Counted from the whole stretch's first letter, positions 20,553 to 30,904 are shown. The stretch: DNA of 63,685 bases, filler included, from Actinomycetota bacterium (GCA_046725875.1; 6 parts of 6 records of this genome joined end to end with filler, not necessarily neighbours in it), one strand, 5' to 3'. Numbers and translations are program-made. The notes: generated by a model not told the origin, from the sequence alone.

Positions 20553-20981
20553 GGGTCTGTTGCATTGACGAGTGAGGCGTCGCTTCGGCAAGATCCGGCC
20601 GTGTGCAGCTGATCCGACCGACTTGCCGTCCAGCTCCTCCACGCTCGGCGTTCGCCGGATTTCGCTTCCCACCGGACGTGATCGTGCTGGCAGCGCGGTG
20701 GTACCTGCGGTTCGGGCTGTCCTACCGGGACGTGGAGGAGCTGGTGGTCGAGCGCGGCATCGACGTGGATCACGTCACGGTCCCACCGGTGGGTGCGCCG
20801 GTTCGCGCCGCTGCTTGTCGCCGCGGCCCGGTTCGGCCGGCACCGGGTCGGCGACCGCTGGCACGTGGACGAGACCTCCGTCAAGGTCGCCGGCCGGTGG
20901 GTCTACCTCTACCGCGCGGTCGACCAGTACGGGCAGGTCATCGACGTGTACGCCTCCACCCGGCGAGACAGCGAGGATTAG
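20553..20981 (+). mobile_element. IS6-family transposase pseudogene with left IR
   Basis: GGGTCTGTTGCATTGA end; SAFAGFRFPPDVIVLAARWYLRFGLSYRDVEEL, frameshift, WHVDETSVKVAGRWVYLYRAVDQYGQVID; truncated. Confidence 0.9.
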
Positions 20982-21311
20982 GCGTTAGGCGCAGGCGGCC
21001 GATTCGACCTGCTCGTCCCGACTCGCGCTCCCGGGCCGCCAGCGAGCCAGTCGCCGCAAGCTCTGCCGCACTCACCTGCCGCGAGGCGCGTCGCCCAAGG
21101 GCGGGCTGAGCGATGGCTTCCCAGGCGGTCGACGGGTTGTGTCGATCGGCCTGGGTAGTGGGATCACGGTCAATGTGAGCGCGGCCAACGGTGACGGTCG
21201 TCTCGTTGTGATCCAAAGATCAAGTGCACGGTTCTGCCGCCGAGGGAATGCGCGGACGTGCCGAGAATCGTGTATCTACGGGCGATGCCGTGGCCCTGTC
21301 ACGATGACGCC

Positions 21312-21806
21312 ATGAGCGGGCCTGCGGGAATGACCTTCGAGCAGCTGCTCAGCGTGCTGGGCACGGTGCGCTCTGTGGGCTGCCGATTCTGGCTCGAAGG
21401 GGGCTGGGGGGTCGATGCGCTCGTTGGCCGCCAAACCCGGGCACACCGAGACGTGGATATCGACATCGACGGCGCCTTCGAGGAGGAAGTCCTAGCAGTC
21501 CTTCAAGAGCTCGGCTACGTCATAGAGACAGACTGGCGGCCAAACCGTGTCGAACTCGCCGCGCCCGGACGTGGATGGGTCGATGTCCATCCGCTCGTGA
21601 TCGACGATCACGGCAACGCACGACAAGCGGCTCTGGGAGGCGGCTGGCACGAGTTCCCACGAGCTTTCTTCACAATCGGACGCCTCGACGACGTACCCAT
21701 GCCCTGCTTCTCTATCGAGGCGCAACGCCTCTTCCATTCCGGATATGAGCTGCGTGACGTCGACGAGCACGACCTCGCCGTTCTCGACCGGTTGGAAACG
21801 GCCTAA
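21312..21806 (+). CDS. nucleotidyltransferase, Lnu(A)/ANT(2'')-like family
   Basis: FWLEGGWGVDALVGRQTRAHRDVDI, VDVHP, PCFSIEAQRLFHSGYEL..D.HDL. Confidence 0.85.
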   Translation: MSGPAGMTFEQLLSVLGTVRSVGCRFWLEGGWGVDALVGRQTRAHRDVDIDIDGAFEEEVLAVLQELGYVIETDWRPNRVELAAPGRGWVDVHPLVIDDHGNARQAALGGGWHEFPRAFFTIGRLDDVPMPCFSIEAQRLFHSGYELRDVDEHDLAVLDRLETA

Positions 21807-21890
21807 TCTGCCGCCGCTCGTGCTGCTCTGCCTGTGGTGAGGGTTGATGCGCGGACCGGTCTGTCAGTGAGCCGTTCCTGTCCAGTCCAG

Positions 21891-22215
21891 CTATCGCCGG
21901 CGAGCTCCCGAGCGCCATGCCTCAAGTGCCGAAAACCAGCGCTGCTGCTGTGCACTGTCCCGCGGTGACCAGGACGCAGCAGCGGTCAGGGGGAGGGCGA
22001 CCCGCTCACCACCAACCGTTTGCAGCTCGATCCGGCTGTGCCAGGCCGACCACCACGACGGGGTAATCGCGAAACACTCAATCTCGCTGCGGCGCCACAC
22101 CCGCGTGCGGAGCGGACCGCGACAGGTGAGGGTATCGCCGGCCGCGACAACACGCGATCGCGCAATAAGTGCCACCGGCACCAGCCATGGGGCCACAAAA
22201 CTCAACCAACGCCCA
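21891..22215 (-). CDS. possible small membrane-associated PH-like protein or fragment
   Basis: Hydrophobic stretch then RVVAAGDTLTCRGPLRTRVWRRSEIECF; start unclear. Confidence 0.3.
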
Positions 22216-22349
22216 CGACAGGCCCTGAACTGGATCCTGGCGGCCCGACCGGGAGCCTGCCTCGGGGCCGGGGGCCCGCCCCGACCGAGCCAAGGCGCCC
22301 CTATGCTGCCATGAACCGAACCGACGCTCGCTCGACCCAGGAGCACCGC

Positions 22350-22724
22350 ATGACCGAACCATCGACCAGCTGGCAGTTCGACACGGTCACGTACGCCGGG
22401 GGATCGCAGGACGGGCCGCGGGCCAGCGTGCAGCTGTCCCGCCAAGGGAAGCAAGTGCACGCCGAGGGGTCCGGTAATGGGCTTATCGACGCGGTCTGCC
22501 ACTCGATCTCACAGGCCACCGGGGTCGCAGCGCGAGTAGTCGCGTTCCGCGCATACTCGGTCGGCCCTGGAAGCGAGGCCGTCGGCGAAGTCGAGCTCGA
22601 GGTAGAGATGCCGGGCCGCCGGGTAGCCGTCAGGGCGTCGTCCACAGACGTGGTGGAGGCTGCCGGCCGGGCCTTCCTCTCAGCCATTAACCAACACGGC
22701 TTGAGGGCGCAAGCAGCCCGCTGA
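22350..22724 (+). CDS. stand-alone LeuA/CimA C-terminal allosteric (regulatory) domain protein
   Basis: CAGGAG RBS; ASVQL..GK....EGSGNGLIDAVCHSI, YSVGPGSEAVGEV, STDVVEAAGRAFLSAIN. Confidence 0.8.
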   Translation: MTEPSTSWQFDTVTYAGGSQDGPRASVQLSRQGKQVHAEGSGNGLIDAVCHSISQATGVAARVVAFRAYSVGPGSEAVGEVELEVEMPGRRVAVRASSTDVVEAAGRAFLSAINQHGLRAQAAR

Positions 22725-22794
22725 ACCGAGCCAGAACAGCAGAGACGCGGTCAAGCCCCAGATCTGGGGGTAGGTTTATTGACGGATCACGTAC

Positions 22795-22915
22795 CGCATG
22801 GGCAAGATCCGGCGGCGTGCCGCTCATGCGATCGACTCGTGTCCGATTCCCACCGGAAGTGATCGTGCTGGCGGGAACCGGACGCCCACAAACGCCGAGC
22901 GAGCAGGAACCGGGA
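22795..22915. mobile_element. two head-to-head IS6 transposase N-terminal scraps
   Basis: Plus strand RFPPEVIVLA directly abuts minus strand RSAFVGVRFPP. Confidence 0.55.
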
Positions 22916-23467
22916 CACAAGTCGATCGGATGAGCCGCACGCGATCGGATACAAGCACCGGGCCCAGATGCGGCGACGCGTCCCGCCCAAACCGCGCGGT
23001 TCGCTGGGCGGCGGTCTCGCTCACCAGCCCTCCATCGGCCGCCTCGGCAAAGTGCGGCGATCTGTGTGGGTCGGTTAGCCAGGCCAGTCGGCCGCGCCCT
23101 CTCGGTCATGCGCACCGCCTCGTTCCCGGGTGCTCTGGGCTCAATCTCGCGTCCTACAGGGTCAGCCCCGGCGACCGCCCCAGGTGTGACGCGGAGGTTG
23201 CAGGGCTGAGGTTTGCGATCGGAGGGCGCTCATGCGACGTCGCGGCCTAGGGTTGCGATCCAGCCTGCGGTGGATGCCGCGGCGGCGTATAGGACGAGAG
23301 CGAGCCACCGAGCCCGTCACGGCCGTGCACGACGACGGGAAGGGACCACCGCCGCCGGCCCGGCTGCCCGGGCCCGCCCGTCGGAAACCAGTACCGAAAT
23401 TGCGTGTCGCGACGCGGTCACCGCCGGGGCGCGGCGATCTCTTGATACTACCGTGACCGAGGTGACG

Positions 23468-24610
23468 TCATACGCGTCTGATTGCATCTGCCGGGCGCAG
23501 GCGGCCAGCACCGATACTAATCATCGCAGCCAACGCGGTGATCACGGCGAACGAGCCCGGCAGCGAGGTGAGATTGGCAATACCGCCCACCGCGGCCGGC
23601 GCCGCCAGCCCCGCGCCGTAGGACACGGTGGCGACGCCGGCGATGGCGTGCGCGGAGTGCGGCCCGGCGTGGCCAGCGGCGGCGAAGGCCAGTGGCACCA
23701 CAACGGCGACGCCAAGACCATAGAGCGCGAATCCGGTCATCGCGGCTGCCGGGGCTCGGGCGAGCACGACGAGCACTCCTCCGAGCAGAGCAACGAGTCC
23801 ACTTGCTCGAACCGTACGCACCGCCCCGAACCGGCGTACGACGACATCGCCGCTGATGCGGCCCGCGGCCATCGTCAAAGCGAACAGGGTGTACGACACA
23901 GCGGCGAGGCCCGAGCTCGCATCGGTGACCTGTCGCAAATAGACCGCACACCAATCCGCCGTGGAGCCCTCCACGAAGATCGCACAGAAACCGACGAGTG
24001 CGATACCCAGAACGGGACCCGTGGGGAACGCGAAGCCTGGCGGCTTGTCACTCGCCGCGGGCCGTGATGGCAGCAGCCGGAACGAGGCAACGAGCGTGGT
24101 GACGGCTAGGATCACGGCCATGACGCCGAGGTGAACGCGCGCGTCGATGTTGCGGTAAGCCGCCGCAGCGCCGATCGCCGAGCCGATCAGCCCACCCACG
24201 CTCCACATGCCATGCAGGCCAGACATGATCGACTTGCCCATTCGTTGCTCCACCGCAACCCCCTGGGCATTCATCGCCACGTCCGCGGTCCCCGCCGTGA
24301 GGCCGCAGCATAGGAGGGCGACACACAGTGCCCCCAAGCTCGGGGCGAGCGCGGGCAGGACCATCGCGCCGACCCATCCGATCAAGAACCAGCGGGTGGC
24401 GGCCTGCGAACCCAGGCGGTGCACCGAGCGGCCGGCGAACGGCATCGAACCAACGGCACCGACCGACATCATCAACAGCGCCAGGCCGAGCGCGCCAGGG
24501 CTGAGCTCGAGGCGTTCCTGGATCCACGGCAGCCGCGCGGCATAGCTGCCGAAGGCGGCACCGTGCACAGCGAACGCCACGGCAACGGCCCAGCGCGCAC
24601 TCCTGCGCAC
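23468..24610 (-). CDS. MFS transporter
   Basis: About 12 hydrophobic segments; ARLPWIQERLELSPGALGLAL, DVAMNAQG, IMSGLHGMWSVG, EGSTADW, MAAGRISGD. Confidence 0.93.
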   Translation of the reverse strand: MRRSARWAVAVAFAVHGAAFGSYAARLPWIQERLELSPGALGLALLMMSVGAVGSMPFAGRSVHRLGSQAATRWFLIGWVGAMVLPALAPSLGALCVALLCCGLTAGTADVAMNAQGVAVEQRMGKSIMSGLHGMWSVGGLIGSAIGAAAAYRNIDARVHLGVMAVILAVTTLVASFRLLPSRPAASDKPPGFAFPTGPVLGIALVGFCAIFVEGSTADWCAVYLRQVTDASSGLAAVSYTLFALTMAAGRISGDVVVRRFGAVRTVRASGLVALLGGVLVVLARAPAAAMTGFALYGLGVAVVVPLAFAAAGHAGPHSAHAIAGVATVSYGAGLAAPAAVGGIANLTSLPGSFAVITALAAMISIGAGRLRPADAIRRV

Positions 24611-24769
24611 AACTCACCCCAAGAGCCGGTTGTCCGGGCGGGACAGCCGTGCGGACGGCTGGCCGCCGTGGCACGGGACCACGGAACGAGGTCCCCTTCG
24701 GGCCCTCTTCATTACACCAATCCGACGATCCGCCGTTATGGATGCGCCGCCGGCGAGAGCCGCTGCGGG

Positions 24770-25092
24770 TGCGGTGGCATAGCGGTAGCTGACCTGGTGT
24801 CGCTCGGCCAGGTCGAGCAAGCCCTCCAGCTCGCGCGGGCGGACGAGTGAGCCGACTGGACGAATAGGCGACGATCACGGAGAACCGTCCCGCCTTCGCG
24901 TCCGCCAGCAGCCGCCGATATTCGGGCCTGTCTTTCCTGCTGCGCGTGCTCGCCGAAACGTCGTTGTCGCAGTACCAGTCCACCATGTTCGGACCGGGCT
25001 CTCCGGCCAGCTTCGCAAGCTCGCGTCGCTGCCCATCCACGCCGATCCGGTCGCCCTCGCGATCACGAGAGATGCGCAGGTACGCGCCAGCT
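24770..25092 (-). pseudogene. large serine recombinase N-terminal catalytic domain remnant
   Basis: AGAYLRISRDREGDRIGVDGQR..DWYCDNDVSAS..RPEYRRLLAD..VIVAYSSSRLTR, frameshift, ELEGLLDLAE; the rest is missing. Confidence 0.8.
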
Positions 25093-25383
25093 CGGACAGT
25101 CGCGGGCGGTACTGTAGCAATAGTGATGACGAGGAGCCTGCCCGGGCGCTGCGCTACCGCCGTCGCGCGCTCGCGAAACGCCGTCGCCTCGGCGGCCCTT
25201 CATTGCACGGCGGGCTGAGCGAAAGCTGCGGAATAGACGGACTCAGCTATATCGAGCGTTTGCTCCGATTGTGCTTCACCAGCAGGTGCGCGTTCATGAC
25301 CACATCTAGCTGCCGAATCTCACAGCCTCCCCAATCGTCGCTATGAGCCCCCGATGCAACGGATTCGGGTAAGGTCTGCGCCC

Positions 25384-26277
25384 TCAGAGCTGGTCGATCT
25401 GAAGCAGTTGAAACTGAGGCGCGGCAACCAGCCGGGTCGCATGGCAGGTGAGCTGCCGCGGCGGTGCGTGACTTACGCGCATACGCACCGACCATTCGGC
25501 CCCCCACGCGGTGTCGAAGACCGCGGTGACGTCGTGCCGGTCCACATGGTGTTCAGTGAGCGCGAGATCGTTCACGCCGGTCAGCCCCAGTCTCATGCGC
25601 AGATGCCACTCCGCTGACTGAATCACGAACGGGTAGCTCCCGCGGCCCCGTAGGTGCGCGAGATCGAGGCGGCCGTCCAGATATGCGGTAGCAATCGGCG
25701 CCGCGTCCTCAGGCGCGACCCGACCGTAAACAACGCCATGTGGCAGGCAGATTAGGTTGCCGGCGAACCGATCGCCGCCCATATGTGAGCATTCCCAGGT
25801 CTCAGCCGGATAGGCGACGGACAACGCGCGGGCAACTGGCCGTCCACGTTCTGCGCAGCACGGGTCGTGCCGGCCGTGGGTGCACACGAGGAACAGCGGC
25901 TCGCCACGCTGTGGCAGCTCCTCACAACAGCCGGGCGTTTCGGTCCAGAGGCCGAGGTCAAGTACCTCACGCACATCGGCGAGCCGCGCCTCCGTCGCGA
26001 TGGGTCGAACCGGGTCCGTATCGATGACGAAGACCTGCGGGCGGCGCACGACTCGGGCGCCGGCGTGGCGGCGGATCAGCAGGACGCGCACGCGGCTCGC
26101 TTGGCTGCGACGCCGCAGCTCACGCTTCAGATCAACGGGCAACCGCGCGTCCCGCAGGGCTTCGACGCCCCACGGTCCCGGTACCTCCATGAGCAAGTAG
26201 CGGTCAATCCGCGAAGCCGTTCCAGCCATCGGCTCGCCGAGCAATGCGCTGCGGACCGTGCATCGCACGACGGTCAA
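25384..26277 (-). CDS. sucrase/ferredoxin-like protein
   Basis: EPMAGTA, LLMEVPGPWG, LVCTHGRHDPCCAERG, WECSHMGGDRFAGN, HLRGR. Confidence 0.92.
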   Translation of the reverse strand: MTVVRCTVRSALLGEPMAGTASRIDRYLLMEVPGPWGVEALRDARLPVDLKRELRRRSQASRVRVLLIRRHAGARVVRRPQVFVIDTDPVRPIATEARLADVREVLDLGLWTETPGCCEELPQRGEPLFLVCTHGRHDPCCAERGRPVARALSVAYPAETWECSHMGGDRFAGNLICLPHGVVYGRVAPEDAAPIATAYLDGRLDLAHLRGRGSYPFVIQSAEWHLRMRLGLTGVNDLALTEHHVDRHDVTAVFDTAWGAEWSVRMRVSHAPPRQLTCHATRLVAAPQFQLLQIDQL

Positions 26278-26306
26278 CGCTCGACCTCGAGCAGTCCTTC
26301 GCGTAT

Positions 26307-26406
26307 NNNNNNNNNNNNNNNNNNNNNNNNNNNNNNNNNNNNNNNNNNNNTTAATTAATTAANNNNNNNNNNNNNNNNNNNNNNNNNNNNNNNNNNNNNN
26401 NNNNNN
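26307..26406. other. artificial contig-joining linker
   Basis: N/TTAATTAATTAA/N, 100 bp. Confidence 0.99.
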
Positions 26407-27656
26407 GCAAAGGCGTCCGCGATGGCCCGGGCGACGCGGTCGGCATCCCCGGCGGGTACGAGGATGATCGCGCAGCCGCCGAACCCGCCCCCGGTCATCC
26501 GGGCGCCCAGGGCGCCGCCGGCGAGCGCGGCGTCGACGGCCAGGTCGAGCTCGGGGGAAGACACCGCGTAGTCGTCCCGGAGAGAGACATGTGACGCAGT
26601 GAAGAGCCGGCCGATCGCGAGCCAGTGCGGCCCTGATCCGTGCCAGCGACCCGCCCGCATGGAGCGCGCCGCCTGCCTTTCCGCCGAACCCGTTCGTTGG
26701 GTCGTGTCTCGTCCGTCGTCGAGGAGGTGTACGACCTCCAGCACGCGCTGGTTCTCGGTGACTATGTGCCGTACTCGCTTACGGAGGCGCTCGGCCGTCT
26801 CATCGCTGATGCTGGCACCGCGCGCCGAACCCGGCCCGGCGGACGCCACGGCGTCAGCGGCGGACGGGGCCGGATCGCTGAAACGCCCGCCGACACGCTT
26901 CAACGCCTGGTCGAGCTCTTTTACATCGATGTCGCGCAGTGCCGGCACGCCGAGCAGCGCGGCCGCTTGCTCGCAGTCGCGCCTGCGCGCCGCGTACTCG
27001 CCGCTGACCAGGCGGTGCGGCGCATTCGTGTCGATGACCAGGAGGGCAAGGCCGGCGCCGGTGAGGTCGAGCGGGATCTGCCGAACCTCACCGCTGCGGG
27101 TGTCGAGGAGGAGGGCGTGGCCCGCCGTGGCCAGGAGCGATGCGGACTGATCCATGATCCCGCTGGGGACGCCGACGAACTGGTTTTCGGCCCGCTGAGC
27201 GATGCGGGCCAGCTCCGAACGTCCCACCTTGATCTCGGACAACTCGGTGAGCGCGAGCGCAACCGAACATTCGAGCGCGGCCGAGGACGAGAGCCCGGCA
27301 CCAAGCGGAACGTCTCCGTCGACGAGCACGTCGGCGCCGGCGACACGATGCCCAGCCTCTCGCAGCGACCACGCCACCCCCGCCGGATAGGCGGCCCATC
27401 CGGTGACCGTGCCGGGTTCGAGCTGGGCCACCGAGACTGCTGCGTCCTCATTGGGATGCTGCGCCGACCGCAGGCTGACAATGCCGTCGGTGCGCGGCGC
27501 GGCGTAGGCAACGGTCCGGTAGCGCAGCGCAATCGGCAGGACGAAGCCCTCGTTGTAGTCGGTGTGCTCGCCGATCAGGTTGACCCGGCCTGGCGCCGCC
27601 CACGCTCCCGCTGCAGGGCGATCGAAGAGACGGTTGAAGTCGTCGACGGCGGTCAG
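26407..27656 (-). CDS. galK: galactokinase, 3' end truncated; probable CTG start
   Basis: APGRVNLIGEHTDYNEG, VPLGAGLSSSAA, GIMDQ, SHVSLRDDY, GARMTGGGFGG. Confidence 0.95.
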
Positions 27657-28741
27657 CTCGCCACCTCGCGGAGCCGAGCGGCTATGTCCTCGGGAGTCAG
27701 GTCGAGAACGAACGCGCCCATCGCCGACTCGGAGCCGGCGACATACTTGAGTTTGTCGGGAGCCCGCCGGATCGAGTAGAGCCGCAGGTGGAGGTAGGTC
27801 AGATCGCGGTCGATCCGCACCGGTGCCTGATACCACGCCGCGATGTAGGGCAGCGGCCGGCCGTAGAGCCGGTCGCCGCGCTGGAGCAGGTCGAGATAGA
27901 TGCCGGCGAAGTCGTCCCGCTCTTGGTCGTTCAGGGCGGGCAGGTCAGCGACCCGGCGGTTGGGGTAGAGGTGAACCTCGACCGGCCAGCGGGCGGCTAC
28001 CGGCACAAATGCGGTCCAGTACTCGCTTCGCGCCACCACCCGGGTCCCGGCATTCACCTCGGCCTCGAGCATGTCCGCGAAGAGGTTCTGACCAGAGCGA
28101 TCACGGTATCTGCGCGCCGAGTCGAGCATCCTGCGCTCCACCGGCGCGACGAACGGGTAGCCATAGATCTGGCCGTGCGGGTGGTGCAGCGTAACCCCGA
28201 TCTCCGGTCCGCGATTCTCGAACGGGAACACGTGCTCCACACCCGCCAACCGGCCGATCTCCACGGTCCGGTCGGCCCAGGCGTCGACGACTGTCCGCAC
28301 TCGGTCCGGCGTCAGCTCGGCGAAGGACGAGTTGTGGTCGCTGGTGAAGCAGACCACTTCGCATCGGCCGACCGCCGACCTCTCCATCCCGAGCAGTTCA
28401 TGTGGCCCGGGCAGTTCCGTTGCCGCCTTGATCGGCTGGGCGAAGGACGGGAAGCGGTTCTCGAAGACGACCACGTCATAGTCATCGGCCGGGATCTCGG
28501 TCGGCCGGCCCGGACGCGACGGGCACAGCGGGCACTCGTCGCTCGGTGGCAGGTGCGTGCGCGTCATCCGGTGCGCGGCAATGGCGACCCACTCATCGAG
28601 CGCGGCGTCGTAGCGCATCACCGGCCCGCCAGTCCGGGGCGGTAGATCTCTGGTGTCGACGAGCGAGCGGACGGCATCGTCACGCTCGTCGTAGTAGACA
28701 AGCTCCCTGCCGTCCGCCAGGCGCGTCGCCGTCTTCTTCAT
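27653..28741 (-). CDS. galT: galactose-1-phosphate uridylyltransferase
   Basis: LADGRELVYYD, CPLCP, FENRFPS, FENRG.EIGVTLHHPHGQIY (HPH catalytic motif). Confidence 0.97.
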   Translation of the reverse strand: MKKTATRLADGRELVYYDERDDAVRSLVDTRDLPPRTGGPVMRYDAALDEWVAIAAHRMTRTHLPPSDECPLCPSRPGRPTEIPADDYDVVVFENRFPSFAQPIKAATELPGPHELLGMERSAVGRCEVVCFTSDHNSSFAELTPDRVRTVVDAWADRTVEIGRLAGVEHVFPFENRGPEIGVTLHHPHGQIYGYPFVAPVERRMLDSARRYRDRSGQNLFADMLEAEVNAGTRVVARSEYWTAFVPVAARWPVEVHLYPNRRVADLPALNDQERDDFAGIYLDLLQRGDRLYGRPLPYIAAWYQAPVRIDRDLTYLHLRLYSIRRAPDKLKYVAGSESAMGAFVLDLTPEDIAARLREVAS

Positions 28742-29004
28742 CGCACTCCAGTCTCCCCGCGGCCGGTCGGCTGAATTCCGCGGCTGCCGCAGTCTCCTGC
28801 CTCACCCGGCACGGCGGCCGCGCGATCTGAAACGCGTCGCTTGACCGCTCGGAGCCTTCGTAGTCCCTGAATGAAACTGAATCACCTCTCTCCGATGTGG
28901 TGCCGTTGGAGGGGAAGGAAGGGGGCGTGGGTCGACGGGTAATCTGCTTGTGACAGGTGTGCGTCTTTGTTGCCGTTCGACCGTCACAAGCCGAGGGAGC
29001 CACG

Positions 29005-30696
29005 GTGGAGCCCAGCGAGATAGAGGCCGGCCGAAAGCGCTGGCAGGAGCGCTATGACCAGGCGCTCAAGCGGGAGGCCGACTTCACGACGCTGTCCGGC
29101 CTTGAGGTCGATCCGGTCTACGGCCCGCCGCCCGGCGTGCCGTACCCGGGCTTCGACCAGATCGGCTGGCCCGGCGAGTTCCCGTACACCCGGGGCCTAT
29201 ACCCGACCGGCTATCGCGGCCGGGTCTGGACGATCCGGCAGTTCGCGGGCTTCGGCAACGCGAGGCAGACCAACGAGCGCTACAAGATGATCCTTGCCTC
29301 GGGCGGCGGGGGACTCTCGGTGGCCTTCGACATGCCGACCCTCATGGGCCGCGACTCTGACGACCCGCGTTCGCTCGGCGAGGTCGGCCACTGCGGGGTC
29401 GCGATCGACTCGGCCGCCGACATGGACATCTTGTTCTCCGACATCCCGCTCGGCGACGTCACCACCTCGATGACGATCTCGGGCCCAGCGGTGCCCATCT
29501 TCTGCATGTACGTTGTCGCAGCCGAGCGGCAGGGCGTCGACCCAGGCGTACTAAACGGCACGCTGCAGACCGACATCTTCAAGGAATACATCGCGCAGAA
29601 AGAATGGCTGTTCCCGCCCGAGCCACACCTGCGCTTGATCGGCGACCTCATGGAGTGGTGCGCGGCGCAGATTCCCGCGTACAAGCCCCTCTCTGTCTCC
29701 GGCTACCACATTCGGGAGGCGGGCGCGACCGCTGCGCAGGAGCTCGCGTTCACGCTCGCCGACGGCTTCGGCTATGCGGAGCTTGGTCTCTCCCGCGGCC
29801 TGGACATCGAGGTCTTCGCACCGGGGCTGTCCTTCTTCTTCGACTCGCACATCGACTTCTTCGAGGAGATTGCCAAATTCCGGGCGGCCCGCCGGATCTG
29901 GGCGCGTTGGATGCGAGATGTGTACGGGGCGAAGAGCGAGCGCGCGCAGTGGCTGCGATTCCACACCCAGACGGCCGGCGTATCACTGACGGCCCAGCAA
30001 CCCGATAACAACATCGTCCGGACCGCTCTCGAGGCGCTCGCCGCCGTCCTTGGCGGGACCAACTCACTGCACACCAACGCGCTGGACGAGGTGCTCGCGC
30101 TGCCGAGCGAGAAGGCCGCTGAGATCGCGTTGCGGACCCAGCAGGTGATCATGGACGAGACGGGGATCGCCAACGTTGCCGACCCGCTGGGCGGATCGTG
30201 GTACGTCGAGGCGCTCACGAACAAGATCGAGACCGAGGCGGAGCGGACCTTCGACCGGATCCGCGAGCTTGGCACGACCCGTCGCGAACATCCCATCGGG
30301 CCGATGACCTCAGGCATCCTGCGCGGAATCGAAGACGGCTGGTTCATGTCCGAGATCGCCGAGGCGGCATTCCAGTATCAGCAGAAGCTGGAGAAAGGCG
30401 AGAAGAAGATCGTCGGTGTGAACTGCCACACTCAGACGGTCGAGGAGCCACTGGAGATCCTGCGGATCAGCCACGAGGTGGAGGTCGAGCAAAAGGACGT
30501 GCTCGCCGGGCGACGGGGGCGACGCGACAAGGAGGTCGTGGACGCCGCTCTCGAGCGGATGCGCTCGGTCGCGCGCACCAAGGAGAACATGATCCCGAGC
30601 ATGCTCGACGCCGTCCGGGCGGAGGCAACCCTCGGCGAGATCTGCGATGCCCTCCGCGTCGAATGGGGCACTTACGCCGAGCCGCCCCGCTTCTGA
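29005..30696 (+). CDS. icmA: isobutyryl-CoA mutase large subunit (acyl-CoA mutase family, no B12-binding domain)
   Basis: GAGGGAG RBS; WTIRQFAGF and KEYIAQKEW (Phe/Gln specificity pair), SGYHIREAG, RFHTQTAG; ends without a DxHxxG domain. Confidence 0.88.
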   Translation: MEPSEIEAGRKRWQERYDQALKREADFTTLSGLEVDPVYGPPPGVPYPGFDQIGWPGEFPYTRGLYPTGYRGRVWTIRQFAGFGNARQTNERYKMILASGGGGLSVAFDMPTLMGRDSDDPRSLGEVGHCGVAIDSAADMDILFSDIPLGDVTTSMTISGPAVPIFCMYVVAAERQGVDPGVLNGTLQTDIFKEYIAQKEWLFPPEPHLRLIGDLMEWCAAQIPAYKPLSVSGYHIREAGATAAQELAFTLADGFGYAELGLSRGLDIEVFAPGLSFFFDSHIDFFEEIAKFRAARRIWARWMRDVYGAKSERAQWLRFHTQTAGVSLTAQQPDNNIVRTALEALAAVLGGTNSLHTNALDEVLALPSEKAAEIALRTQQVIMDETGIANVADPLGGSWYVEALTNKIETEAERTFDRIRELGTTRREHPIGPMTSGILRGIEDGWFMSEIAEAAFQYQQKLEKGEKKIVGVNCHTQTVEEPLEILRISHEVEVEQKDVLAGRRGRRDKEVVDAALERMRSVARTKENMIPSMLDAVRAEATLGEICDALRVEWGTYAEPPRF

Positions 30697-30904
30697 ACCC
30701 CCGGCCGGCCCGGTAGCGATGCGGAGTATGCACGTCCGTCGGGCCGTGGGTTTGACCGCAAGGCCTGATTCCACCTGTTGACGGCCCGCCGACTGCTTGC
30801 CTTACTCACGAGTTCGCTCTGGTCCATCGCTCAGGCCCGGCTCCGCAGCGGTCGAGGCCGATTTGGTCGTACCGTGGAAGTTGGTTCCTCGGTGGGAGGT
30901 TGCG

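Noticed and set aside
26274..26306. C-terminus of an upstream gene (IREGLLEVER*), possibly a cupin
   Set aside because: Only 10 codons before the contig break; too little to assign.
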